A stretch of 64,000 nt of DNA from the human T2T-CHM13v2.0 reference genome, Homo sapiens. Made by a program: the position numbers and the translations under genes. Within the stretch, counting starts at the first letter, position 1; every line of letters begins with the position of its first letter. Below the pieces are notes generated by a model, which saw only the letters and a program-made list of their open reading frames with translations, searched no databases and had not been told where the DNA came from. Location of the stretch: the NCBI RefSeq assembly GCF_009914755.1, contig NC_060934.1, one strand, 5' to 3'. Shown in pieces: positions 15,368-27,977 of this stretch.

Positions 15368-15739
15368 ACCCGGTATCTCAGTTGGAAATGGAGAAGTCAC
15401 TCATCTTCTGCATTGATCTCGCTGGGAGCTGCAGACTAGAGCTGTTCCTATTTGGCCATCTTGGAAGCGATCTCAGCCTAAACTATCAAAACTGTTAATT
15501 TAAATTTCTGTTTTGAAATTTATATTTGGCTGTTTGACAAAGATTCTGATTTTGAAATACTATTTTTTTTTTTTTAATATCACACATCACAGAGTAGAAG
15601 GAAGCCTCTTTTGGAGGTTTAGCCAAATGTTCCTGAATAGCAGGTTTAAGTGTTCTCTCCTTAGTCTTGCAGCTCAGTGCCATCATTGGTAAGTGGCCAT
15701 CCCCATTCTTGGCTTAGGTATAGTGACCACCTTTGTTTA

Positions 15740-17020
15740 ATATTCGGTCAAAATTTATCAAACACTAAATGCCGCACAGTAGTCTAGGCACTGAGGATAC
15801 AGAACATTAAGGGTCACAGACAACAAATAGTAGACATATATGTTATCAAGGTAATTTTAGGTAGTAATAAGTTCTGCAAAAGAAAGAAATAGGCTATGAA
15901 AATGGGAACTGGGATAGGTGGGATACTTTATTTAGATTGGGCTGGAAGGGTGTATCTAAGGAAGAGAGATCTTTCTTTTTTTTTTAAGAGATAAGGTCTC
16001 GCTCTGTCACCCAGGCCAGGGTGCAGTGGTGTGATCATAGCTCACTGCAGCCCCAAACTTCCGAGCTCAAGCATTCTTCCCACCTTGGCCTCCCAAAGTG
16101 CTGGGATTACAGGTGTGAGCTACTGTGCCAGCAGGGCCATTTGAAAAATGGAAAGGAGCCAGCCATTGGGAGAGCTAGGAAGAGCTTTTAACCAAAGTGC
16201 AGAGTGTCAAAGCAAAAGGCTAGTGGGGCTGGAGGGTGGTGAGAGTGTGATGTGAGGTTGGAGTGGCAGGCAGGGGTCAGTGACCTTGTGGGGAACGATA
16301 ACATTCAGGTCTTATTCCAAGTGCAATAGCAATGACACAGTTCCATTCCTGTCATAAGTCAGTTACTCTGGCTGGAGAATGGTTTGAAGCGGGAAGGGTG
16401 CAGAATAGAAGCAGGTACCCCAGTTAGGAGGCTCCTAGGCCAGGTGAGAGATGAAATGATGTCATGGTCTGAGTGGGATTATATTTTGGAAGGGAGCCCA
16501 GAACACCTGTTGATGGAGTAGGTGTGAGAGTGAGAGAAATGGATTAATCAAGGTTGTCTCCTTTTTGATTTTAGGAACTGGATGGATTTTGTGAGATAGA
16601 GATGCCTTGTGGGAGGAGCAGGTTTAGTGAGAGGTGTTTGATAGAGCTCTGAGTGCAGGTGTTGAGTGTATAGTCTGGAGGTGAGGGGAGAGGCCTGGGC
16701 TGGGAAGAAGTTGGGAGTTGTAATAGCAGCGTCATTTAGAGCCATAGGATCGGATGAGCCCACTCCAGGAGAATGAGTGTGGATAGGCATAGAAGAGGAC
16801 TCAGAACCAAGGCTGGCACATGCCGGTGTTCAGGGGCTGCCAGAGATGACAGAAACGGACACTGAGTTTGAGCATTTAGGGAGGGCAGAGGAAACATGGA
16901 GAGCCAAGTGGAAGGTGTTGCAGGAAGGTGGTTGTGGTCACTGTTACTGAAGGATACTGAAGGGTCAGTGGAATGAGGACAGGGCAGCAGCCATGAAGTG
17001 GAACATGGTGTAGGGAGGCG
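15740..17020 (-). mobile_element. L2 remnant interrupted by Alu monomer (~15972-16130)
   Basis: L2-type purine-rich sequence (ctaggcactgaggatacag...gtctggaggtgaggggagaggcctgggctgg). Confidence 0.6.
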
Positions 17021-17071
17021 CTTGGCTCCAGAGACACACTGTCTGCCTACATCACTCAACAGGTTTGTAAT

Positions 17072-17447
17072 TGTCCTAGTCCATTTGTGCTACTATAACA
17101 GAATACCTTAGACTGAGTAATTTTTAAGCAACAGATTTATTGCTCACAGTTCTAGAGGCTGGGAAATCCAAGATCAAAGCACCAGCAGATTCAGTGTCTG
17201 GCAAGGGCTTGCTCTCTGTTCCCAAGATGGCACCTTGTTGCCGTGTCCTCACTTGGCAGCAGGAGAAGAAGGGCAAAAACAGACTAGCCAGCCTCAAACC
17301 CTTTTATAATGGCACTGTTCCCATCCATGAGGGCATAGCCGTCTTGGCCTAATCACCTCCCAAAGGCCCCTCTTAATTGCTATCACCTTTGATGTTAATT
17401 TCCAGCATATGAATTTAGGAGGGACATATACATTCAAATCATGGCAG
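17072..17447. mobile_element. MaLR solo LTR (MST/MLT1A-like)
   Basis: TG...CA ends; gctcacagttctagaggctgggaaatccaagatcaa; TSD gtaat/gtgat. Confidence 0.85.
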
Positions 17448-17529
17448 TGATCTAGGCCAAGTTATGGAACCTCTTTAAGTTCCAGTTTCTTCTGTAAAAT
17501 GGATGTTAAAGACGGTGCCTGTTGTTGTA

Positions 17530-17602
17530 AGGATTAAGTGAGTCTATACGTGTGAGGATTAAGTGAGTCTATACGTGTGAGGATTAAGTGAGTCTATACG
17601 TG
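17530..17602. repeat. 25-bp tandem repeat, ~2.9 perfect copies, in a MIR remnant
   Basis: aggattaagtgagtctatacgtgtg x3. Confidence 0.95.
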
Positions 17603-18067
17603 AAGCACACTTAGAATAGTATCTGGCCCAGAATAAATTGTAGCTATTCGCCGTTACTGTCACAGTGGCATCCGATGACCCCTGCTCAATAAAAGTAGAA
17701 TAGAGAGAGGATTCCCCATCTCTGGATTTACCTGATGCCTCCCTTGCGCTTTCTTTCCTTCTCCATAGACACATAGCAGGTGGGACTGGTCCCAAGGTTT
17801 GGATTCTTGGTATAGGAAGCAAGTGGTTCCCACTTGAGGCATTTTGCCTGGATTCTGTTTTGGAAATGTTCATGTTTGGTTGGTCCTGAAGTCTTGTATA
17901 AATCCTACTTTGACATGTAATCTTTATTTTTGATTGTAGTAGTAGAAAAAATTAACCATAGTATAGTGAAAAAAGCACAGGTTTTATAGTCAAACAAACT
18001 TTGATTGTTTCTCAGCTCTGCCATTTATTAGCCATGTATCTTTGGGCAAGTTACCCAAGTTATCTCC

Positions 18068-18675
18068 TGTGTTAGTTAGGGTTCTCTAGAGAAACAGAAC
18101 TAACTAATAGGATAGGTACAGATAGATGAGAGGGGATTTAGGAGGCTGAGAAGTCTCACCATCTGCCCTCCACATGCTGGAGAACTAGGGAAGCTGGTGG
18201 CATAGCTCAGTCCAAGTCTGAAGGCCTGAGAACCTGGGGGCCGCTGGTGCAAGTCCTGCAGTCTAACGGCTGGAGAATCTAGAGCTGTGATGTCCAAAGA
18301 CAGGAGAAGATGGATATCTCGGCTCCAGGAGGGAGGGATGGGGCAGGAGGGGTGGGGGATGGGGGTGTGCGGAGGAGAGGGAGGGAGAGAGAGAAAGAGG
18401 GAGAAAGACAGGATTTGCTTTTTTGCTTTTCCTCTGCATTTTTTTTTCCTAGTTCTTTTCAGGCCTTCAACCTATTGGATGGTGGCCGCCGCCCCCCCCC
18501 CCCCCCCCCCCCCCGCCCATATTGGGTGAGAATGGATCTTCCTTACTCAGTCTACTGATTCAAATGCCAGTCTCTTCCCAAAACACCCTCACAGCCATGC
18601 CCAGGAGTAATGTTTTAACAGCTGTCTGGGTATCTCTTAACCCAGTCAAGTTGAAACCTTAAACCAACCATTGCA
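18068..18675. mobile_element. ERVL solo LTR (MLT2-like) containing a C23 run
   Basis: ttagggttctctagagaaacagaac...cccagtcaagttga...accattgca; inserted in a MIR. Confidence 0.8.
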
Positions 18676-19212
18676 CCTCCTCTTTAACTACTTACTAAGT
18701 TGAAATGATAACATGCTAAAATTTCGCACCTTTCAAAATTGTCTGTAGGCTAGGCTGTTTTATGTTAAGGCCTTCTCATGGTTTATGGCACAGGGTAGGT
18801 CGCCCATGAATGATAGCTATTTCTGATAATCTTTGAGCTCTTCTGAATGCAGATCCTTTAAAAATATTTATATATTTATTTTCTATTTTCATTGTTAAAA
18901 CTGTTACATTAAATCCAACAAAAATATTTCTAACGAATTTTAGTGCTGCAAGGGTTTTAGGACTTCAGATGCCCTTGATGTTCTGGAGAACTCTTTTGCC
19001 TTAAATGATGTTCCTGTTCCCTTCTTCTTAAGATTTGTCTGTTACCATTGTCTCTTGTTATGAGGATCCCTTCCTCTGGGAGCTGATTGAGTGGAGGCAG
19101 TTGTGGTAGTTCTCAGCCTTCAGCAGGAATTGTAAGAGGTCATTTGCTTCCCAGAAGAATTGTTACTCCACTGGAAATCAGCAGGAATATAAGAATGTAA
19201 GAAGAAATCAGA

Positions 19213-19414
<202 letters not shown>

Positions 19415-20991
19415 TGAGTCAGGGTGCTACCTGTTTTGTTCTGGTTTAAGATCACATTACCTTATTTCTACTTAGTATTGCCTTTTTTTTGGATTTGTAT
19501 TACTTGTTGGTTAGAATTCAGTAGTACTGAAGGAAGGGCCCTTTTGTGATCCTTGCTGAATGCCCAGTGCGTAGTGGGCACTCCATAGATGTTAGTTGAA
19601 AGACAGAAAATAATGAGCTGGAGGATGGTAGTGTAGGCATGCCCTAGTCATTAACTTTTCTGGTCATCTTTGATCTGAGTGTGCTGTTGTGTATGTGAAA
19701 GAAAATAACACAAACGTCTTTAAAACTTTTGAGAGTCTGTTCTAAATAGCTGTCTCGAATGCCTTATCTTTTTGTTCTTTTTTCAGATTATTAGACTATT
19801 GTTGATTTTATAGAATTTTCATATAAGTACATTTTAAAAATGGAAATAATTAAAAATATTGTTGCAAAAGTGTTTTCTAAAAAAATAAGAATTAAGGTAG
19901 TAAAAGAGCACCCAAGAATGTAGGAGATAGAAGATAAAAGCCAAATACATAGTACTCTGCTTCCCACTTTCTCTGCAAGCTTTATTTGGGTAGATATAAC
20001 CTGATTGGGTAAGGCTCTAAATAAAAATAGTATTTCAAGCCCAGTGGAAATCTTTTACTCTTGGAAAAATACAGTGTATATATTTTAAAAACTTTTTAAC
20101 AATATAATTTATCAATAAATTTTATTTCCTACAGGTATAATGTGAATACAGATTTTTATTGGTTTCAAAAGTTTATATTAAATTGACAGTCCTATGAGGG
20201 AAGGATATAGCTTGGTATTTCTCCAAGTGTATCATTTATAAAGACCTACGTAAATAGCTTACAGTAATTGTGCCCTAATTATTTAGAAATTGTGTTACTA
20301 AATGTGTTTTAAATTCATGCATCAGATATCACATCCTGTCTTGTTCAGGGGCCTTAAGGAAATTATCAAACACAATGCAGTCATCTTATTTAAAAGGTAT
20401 TTACATTGTAAATAGACCGGAAGCAAGTAACCTAGCAAGATATCTGCCTAGTGTCCAGCAGCCTTGCAGGAGTTAAAAGCAAAATTTATCAGACATCAAT
20501 AGTTTATTGAAGAAATAGTCCTTTTTGCTTCATAATTTGCAGAAGGCTGCAACTGTCAGTCATGATGTACTGCCTCTTGAAATTAGTCAATAGAGCAAAC
20601 AGCAAGAATTGCTGTGGGCAGAAAATAAGCACTGTAATCATGACATAACTGGGGTCAGTGATTTATGGATTTCAATATAGTAGTAGCTGCATATGATTGA
20701 AAATTTACTAGGTCACTAGTGCACCAAAAATTTTATTCACAGCCTCCAGGCATCTTTTGAAATGTGCAACAAAATAAAAACCTCTGAACCTGTTTTGACA
20801 CTGCAAACTCAGTGGATGACATGCCAGCCCAGTGAGTCTCATTTAAATGTAAATGTGTCATAAACTTTTGTACCATGCTCTTTAAAAAATGCCAGCTACT
20901 TGAAGGGATAATGCATGTGAAACTGATTTACATATTAAAGTAGTGAAAAAGGACCTTGTAATAATCAAGCTTGAATTCTTTTATTTTAAAG

Positions 20992-21066
20992 TTGGAAGCT
21001 GAAGGTGTTCCTGAAGTATCTGAAAAATATGAAATTAGCTCTGTTCCCACTTTTCTGTTTTTCAAG
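20992..21066 (+). CDS. GLRX3: GLRX3 exon 3 ([25 protein letters not shown])
   Basis: ttttaaag|TTG...AAG|gtaagg; 75 nt, phase 0/0, continues exon 2 frame. Confidence 0.97.
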
Positions 21067-21792
21067 GTAAGGATAAAGGTGGTACAAGAGATTATCCATT
21101 TGTAGGGTGCCATGGGGCTACCTATTTTGTTTCTTTACCCTCTCTCTAATCCCCGAATATTAGGTGTTTGGCTGTTTCTGGCCCTCCACCTTTCTTCTGA
21201 TAGTCTCATTTTTGCACCGATGCTGAGAAAGAAGACCATGCCAGCTGCTTGCCAGCATCTTAGAAAAGTAGCATGGACTGTGTAGGGCCAGCAGCCAGAA
21301 TCAGAGCTTCTTGATCAAAATTCAGATATGTGGCTGTGGAACCCCAGTGTTCCCTGAGTTGGTTAAATTGGTTGTTTAGAGCATGTGCCTGGACATAATG
21401 GAATCTCTGGCTGGTTCTGGTTTGATGAATGACTTTTAGGAAGCAGGTGCACACCTGTGCTTCCAGGCACCCATGGGTGTCATCGTAGTTCCCCAAATAC
21501 CTCATTTATACTTAGTAATAGATTCATTCCAGCCAATGTGGGGGCAGTCTTTTTTGTATTATGTTAGACTGACCTGATTTGACTTTGAGATGTTGCAGTG
21601 TTTTCTCAGTGTGTTTCTGAGAAAAGAAAAAAATTATGTATTTCTAAAATTGAGATGCAGTGCAGGCAATTGGCAATGAGGGTTTCTTTTTTTACATCTC
21701 CGGTAATACTGTTGTCCCCTTTAAAAATCTGCTATAACAATGTCATTATTATGGAATGCTGCATGTATTCTAAATAACTTTTTAAACTTTAG

Positions 21793-21994
21793 AATTCTCA
21801 GAAAATCGACCGATTAGATGGTGCACATGCCCCAGAGTTGACCAAAAAAGTTCAGCGACATGCATCTAGTGGCTCCTTCCTACCCAGCGCTAATGAACAT
21901 CTTAAAGAAGATCTCAACCTTCGCTTGAAGAAATTGACTCATGCTGCCCCCTGCATGCTGTTTATGAAAGGAACTCCTCAAGAACCACGCTGTG
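21793..21994 (+). CDS. GLRX3: GLRX3 exon 4 ([16 protein letters not shown]...[12 protein letters not shown])
   Basis: ctttag|AAT...TGTG|gtaaga; 202 nt, phase 0/1; end of Trx domain, start of Grx domain 1. Confidence 0.97.
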
Positions 21995-22979
21995 GTAAGA
22001 AGCTGCCTTTAACATAATATAAACAAAATGGGTGCTTTCCCAGAATGGGGTATGGTTGAGATGGGCATCCTGTTTCCAAGGATGCTATACCATACATCTT
22101 ATACTTGTGTTCACATACTTTTAGAAAATCAAAAAGGTTATAATTCCCAATGACACTATATAAGAATTAGTTTGCATTATGGACTCAGCATGTTGGAACC
22201 AAAAGGGGTCTCAGAACTCATCTAATTCAGATTTTTGTTTTATACTGAAGTCCTCAGACTCAAAGATAGAGGTGACTTGCCCAAGGTCACCTGGTAAGCA
22301 GAGTTAGGATTAGGTTCCAACTACCATATTGCTGTCTCTTTTGCCTGTTTATCTACTTTTGCTGTTAACAGTTATTTTTTCTTTCTTGGCAGCCTCCTGT
22401 TTTTCACCTAGTTCAGATTCAGCAATTAAAAAATTTGCGGAATTTTTCAGTGTTTTTGTGTCCAGCCTGTGTGCTTTTGCCTCCCCTGTGTCATCACTGT
22501 CTAATGATTCTCTTCCTGCATTGCTGTCATTTCCAGTTTATAGCTGCTGGTAATGGAAAGATTCCGAATTCTTGGCTTGTAGTCACTCTTATTTTCTGTA
22601 CACATGGATGCTTATAATTTTGTCCTTAAGTAAGTTTTAGAGTTATTTGACCCCTCTGGTAGTGGGTTTATGTTATTTTCTTTTTACTGTGCCTAGTACA
22701 ACATTAGTATGCTGCATAATTGAGCATTTAATGCCATTTGATGATGCTGTTGAGACTCTAAGAGTATTTGTATCAACTACACAGGAGGGACTTTATTAAG
22801 ATAGGGGCAGTAACATTGAGTATGCTCTTGATATGATTACAGCATGTCCAGAGTGACTTTATAAAGATAGCCAAGCTTCTAGTGTGAATTTGATTCTAAA
22901 TTCTTCCCTGTAGGGTTATTAAATTACATATTAGCTTATGATAATGTCTAGTTTTAAAAATAAAGTTTCATGATGAATT

Positions 22980-23270
22980 CTTATTTTTTCGAGATGGAAT
23001 TTCGCTCTTGTTGCCCAGGTTGGAGTGCAATGGCACGATCTCAGTGCGACGGAACCTCTGTCTACTAGGGGTCAAGCGATTCTCCTGTCTCAGCCTCCCG
23101 AGTAGCTGGGATTACAGGTGTCCACCACCATGCCCGGCTAATTTTTTTGTATTTTTAGTAGAGATAGGGTTTGTCCATGTTGGTCAGGCTGGTGTCAAAC
23201 TCCTGACCTCAGGTGATCCGCCTGCCTTGGCCTCCCAAAGTGCTGCTGGGATTATAGGCGTGAGCCACCA
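22980..23270 (-). mobile_element. AluS-like
   Basis: antisense Alu consensus. Confidence 0.9.
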
Positions 23271-24073
23271 TGAATTCTGTCTTAAAAGTATCTCTTAGTT
23301 CTGCCTAAAAAATTTCCCTGCCAGTATTTATGTGTCAGATAATGCCTGCTATTTGTGTATTGCAAAGCTAACTTAGTCTGTACTAAACTAAAGGTAGCAA
23401 CAGATAGTCTCTGTTGCGTTTGTTATTTTGTTTTTAACGGGGGTTGCAAATGGTTCACATTCACCTTCTTCCATGAAACATGAAAATTATTTCTTGTACT
23501 TTGTGCGGTGGCCACTAAATGGGAACTTACCACTTCAGTTGAATGGATTGTATTCAGCACCTTCATTCAGATCTCAGGTACAGTAGAACTGGCTGTGAAA
23601 TGTGGGTGAAGCACACCTACAGTGAAATCTCTACAGTATTCTCTCCTTTGGGGTTGAACAGCAGCAGTCTCAGTCTTTTCTGAATGATAAACCTAATGAA
23701 AAGGCAGGTGGCAACACTGAAGCTTGGGGAAGGAGTGCTCAGAGGAGAAGGATGTCCTGGGAAGTGTGCTGCACTGGGTGTCATGCCAGGCGAGCCTCAG
23801 GCCCACCCCTGCGGCCTTAGCAACTTTGGGGACAAGTCAGGTACCCTCCTTGTGCCTTTAATTCCTTCTAGTGCTGTTGGGAACAAGATTGGCTGTTGGA
23901 GCCAATCTTGGAGGGCCTTTTCAGTGTAGATATTGTATGATTATTCAAGTAAATTAGAGAGAAACTTAGACATTTTAATTTTTCTGCTTACCTTTTACTT
24001 TATTAAACTGAATTTAAAATATACTGCTAGCATTTTTATATTTATATTAAACTTATTTAAATTATGTTTATTA

Positions 24074-24472
<399 letters not shown>

Positions 24473-27400
24473 TTAATTAATAAAAGACAATAAATATTTT
24501 GAGATACATATGGTTGAATGGTTACAGTTTCTTCTTTTAAAGTACTTCTATATAATTTTTATAACTACATTTTCAGTGGGTTTTTCTGTTTCCTGATATT
24601 TTCTGTTTCATGTCTTTCTGTCACATATAGTAAATAGATCATTTAAGAATGTTGCTGTTCTTTAATAAAATACTTAGGATTAATTGGAAAATATTTTTAA
24701 ACTGTTTTCTTATGGGAACATAAGTCACCTCGACCCTCTGCTGTTCCTTTCTGAGCCTGGTTAGTGGAGCATTGTTTTTGCTCTTCTTCTGGCATTTTAG
24801 AGAAGGGCGTAGGCAAAGCTCCCTTTATAAAAGCACTGGCCATCTCATCTTGTGAACACGCACGTGGCTGCTCTTTCCTTATTTTGCACCAAATTAGCTT
24901 TGAAAGTGCTATCTCTGCTAACACCACTGAACTCCCACTGCGGAGTATTTTGATGTTTGTTTTTTGATTAGTTTGTCCCCACCTTGCTTTCTGCTAATCA
25001 GAAAAACATGAATGAATAACATTTAAATTTTATATCTAGAAAACCTTGAAAGCCATTTTTAGGGTCTCTCCTGGAGCCCCACTGGACTCAGCCTAACCCC
25101 TGCACAGGTCATGTCTCCATCTTCTTATCCTTCATGTGGGCTCTACCTGCAGAATTGTATGGTGTGTTATGAGCCTGACGTGTAGATAGGGTCTCAGTTG
25201 AAAAGAATTGGATTGTCCTTACTCTGTGCTCCTCATGAAGATGGGAAAATGCTTGTTTTAGGAAGAGTTTCCAGAAGCACTGAGGTATATGTCATCTTAA
25301 ACAGAATCTTAAATCCTTGAGCAGGTTAATTATTTGGGAATTCTTATAACTATTTCAGTTAACAAAGCTTTTAGCAAAGCAAAAGGTATTTGAGGCATAG
25401 TCAGATATTCCTTCTGCAGTGAGAGTCATCCAGCCGGGCTCTTACTTTTGAATCAGCCACAGAATCAGGTTTCAGAGATGTTTTTTAGGGTTTATTGTTA
25501 GGTAGTGATGAGATGCGGTGTTAGGCACCTATTCATGTCATGAGTAGAAATGACTGGGGGTGGAAATGGGGATTCTGTGGCAGTTAAACATTACTTTTCT
25601 ACATTTAAATATTTTTATTGCATGCATGCATTTTTCTTAAAAAAAGGTGTGTAAATATTTTGTTACTAGAATAAAGCCTTCTTGCCATCTTATCCTTAAG
25701 CGTAACATTTCTAGTCTGCCACTTTAACTCTTAAAAATGAAACACTACCAATCAATCTTTCTAGTCTGCATGTAATTGCCTAAAGCTAAAATAAAGCTTC
25801 TTCTCAGCCAGTTACAGTAAAAATGAGTTAATATATTGGCAACAGAATAACCATCAGCAATCAGCCGTTAGCTGTTTACTAATGAACTCCCAGATGAATA
25901 AAAAAATTTCAGAATCAGTGTTTTACTTCAGGCTGTACATGAACTTAACACTTCAGATGTAGGAAAAGCAACTTATATGCTATACAAATAAATACTAGTG
26001 CTTCATCTCAATAAACTGCAGATTTGGAAAATGTTTAGAGCTCACTTGTAGATCCATGTTTTAATAGTAAATATGATTTTGGGTGACATCAGTAAAGCCC
26101 ATTCTTGCAATTAATCTTATATTGAATTTTATGGTTTGATTTTATTTAAAAACAATTGCTGACACTGCTAAGTCTTATAGAAATTTTGAATCTGAAGAAT
26201 AGGTTCTTTTCCAGTGAATTACAACTGTGTTTGAGAAGAAGAATGAGGCGTGAAAGAGTAGGGCCCTACATAGTATTGGGAACAATGGAGAAGAATTAGC
26301 TTATGGAAAGAAAAATACTTTTTTTTTCAGACTAGGCTAATAGGTTTATAAAAGACTGATATTCACACTCTTATTCTTCAGTTATAATGTCATAATAAGA
26401 TGATGTCAAAAAAGTACAGAATAAAAATGTGTCACAAAAGTATAATAAAATCATGGAACATAAAATTGTCGCTATAGTGTAGTAAAAAAATTACATTACA
26501 TACTTTAGGGAATGTAAATAGTTTTAAAAAAGAAACTGTCAAGTTATGACATGAGATGAGAAAGAATACCGTCAATCTATTGATGGTTCATATATAACAA
26601 CAGAGAAGATAGCTTTAAAATTCAATGTACTGTGTGTATTTTAGACTACAGGAGAACACATGCCTTCTTGATTTCTAATTTATCCTACTTAGAGATAGTG
26701 AAGATTGAGAACTACTGAAGTGGGAACTCAGGAAGTAGTAAAATGGCAGTAGAAATGCAACAGCATTGGGTTTTAAGTATAGTCAAGTAGTAGTTAAAAA
26801 TAACAATTGTAGAATTTTTTCATCTGCCCAGAATTGATTCTCATAGATTCATAACAGAAAGGCTGGGAGGGACTGTCAGAGCATCAGGTCAGTCTCCTGA
26901 TTAGTAGGAAAGTGCTGAGCGGAGGCCACCCATGGCCTCATCATGTGTCACCTTGGTGGGTGGAGGGAGCAGGTGTCAGATTCAGATTTCTGGTTTTGTT
27001 TAAAGACAAGGTCTTGCTTTATCACTCAAACTGGAGGCTGGAGTGCAGTGACAATCTCATAGGTCGCTCCAGCCTCAGACTTCTGGGCTCAAGTGAGCCT
27101 GTTGCCTCAGTTTCCCCAGTCTCTGGGATTACAGGTGTGCACCATCACCCCCAGGTCTCTGCTTTTTGGCTAGTGCTATTTCTCCTGTGACAAAAAATGT
27201 CCATGATATTGAAGAATAACTTTAATAAATACACACACCACTTTTTTTTTTTTTTTCAGTAGTCACAGTTGTGTCAAAAAGTTAAGTCATATCTGAGTGT
27301 GTGATATGGTTCAAGGTCAAATAAGGGGATCCAGGAATTTATTTTCTCTTTGTATATTATTCAGCCATGCTAATTAAATCACCAGCAAAATAAGGCAGGC

Positions 27401-27503
27401 GTCTATGTCTTTTAGATGATATGTACGCTGAACTAATGTATTATCATGTGTATGTGTTTTGGGAGAGAGAAGTTAAGTGCTTTATTTCTTTTTTTGTGTA
27501 CAG

Positions 27504-27676
27504 GTTTCAGCAAGCAGATGGTGGAAATTCTTCACAAACATAATATTCAGTTTAGCAGTTTTGATATCTTCTCAGATGAAGAGGTTCGACAGGGACTCAA
27601 AGCCTATTCCAGTTGGCCTACCTATCCTCAGCTCTATGTTTCTGGAGAGCTCATAGGAGGACTTGATATAATTAAG
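27504..27676 (+). CDS. GLRX3: GLRX3 exon 5 ([10 protein letters not shown]...[21 protein letters not shown])
   Basis: gtacag|GT...AAG|gttaga; 173 nt, phase 1/0; completes first [11 protein letters not shown] and GG motifs. Confidence 0.97.
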
Positions 27677-27915
27677 GTTAGAATTGAGAAGTCTGTGCTT
27701 TGTAAAGAAATTCCATTTAGAGCATACTTTTTAAAATGTTGTGATAAATCTAAGATACAAATTTCTTATGAATCTATATTTACTAATAAGAACCTGCAAT
27801 GAATACACAGTATTTCTGATTAGTTGATTGATCAATAATCTGTGTTATGGTATGATCAAGGAGATTTATGTTATAATAATTTTTTTCATAAAACTGGTAT
27901 GTGTGCTTATTTTAG

Positions 27916-27977
27916 GAGCTAGAAGCATCTGAAGAACTAGATACAATTTGTCCCAAAGCTCCCAAATTAGAGGAAAG
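27916..27977 (+). CDS. GLRX3: GLRX3 exon 6 (ELEASEELDTICPKAPKLEE)
   Basis: ttttag|GAG...AG|gtaagt; 62 nt, phase 0/2. Confidence 0.96.

Larger units (their letters stand above)
12367..15474 (-). mobile_element. L1PA (L1PA6-8-like) with 5' UTR, disrupted ORF1, internally deleted ORF2, 3' UTR
   Basis: YY1 site CAAGATGGCC (15454-15463, minus); ORF1 peptide KRPNLRLIGVPESD (13553-13963); ORF2 EN peptide CCIQETHLMCKD; 3' UTR and poly-T; TSD tatcaaaact at 12357-12366 and 15484-15493. Confidence 0.93.

Noticed and set aside
19787-19896. Cryptic exon after strong acceptor ttcttttttcag
   Set aside because: Only a weak donor nearby; such acceptors are common in T-rich introns.
27446-27802. Single-exon 118-aa glutaredoxin ORF (and 76-aa ORF at 6199-6429)
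   Set aside because: Internal GLRX3 exons read through into intron; canonical splice sites define the true boundaries.
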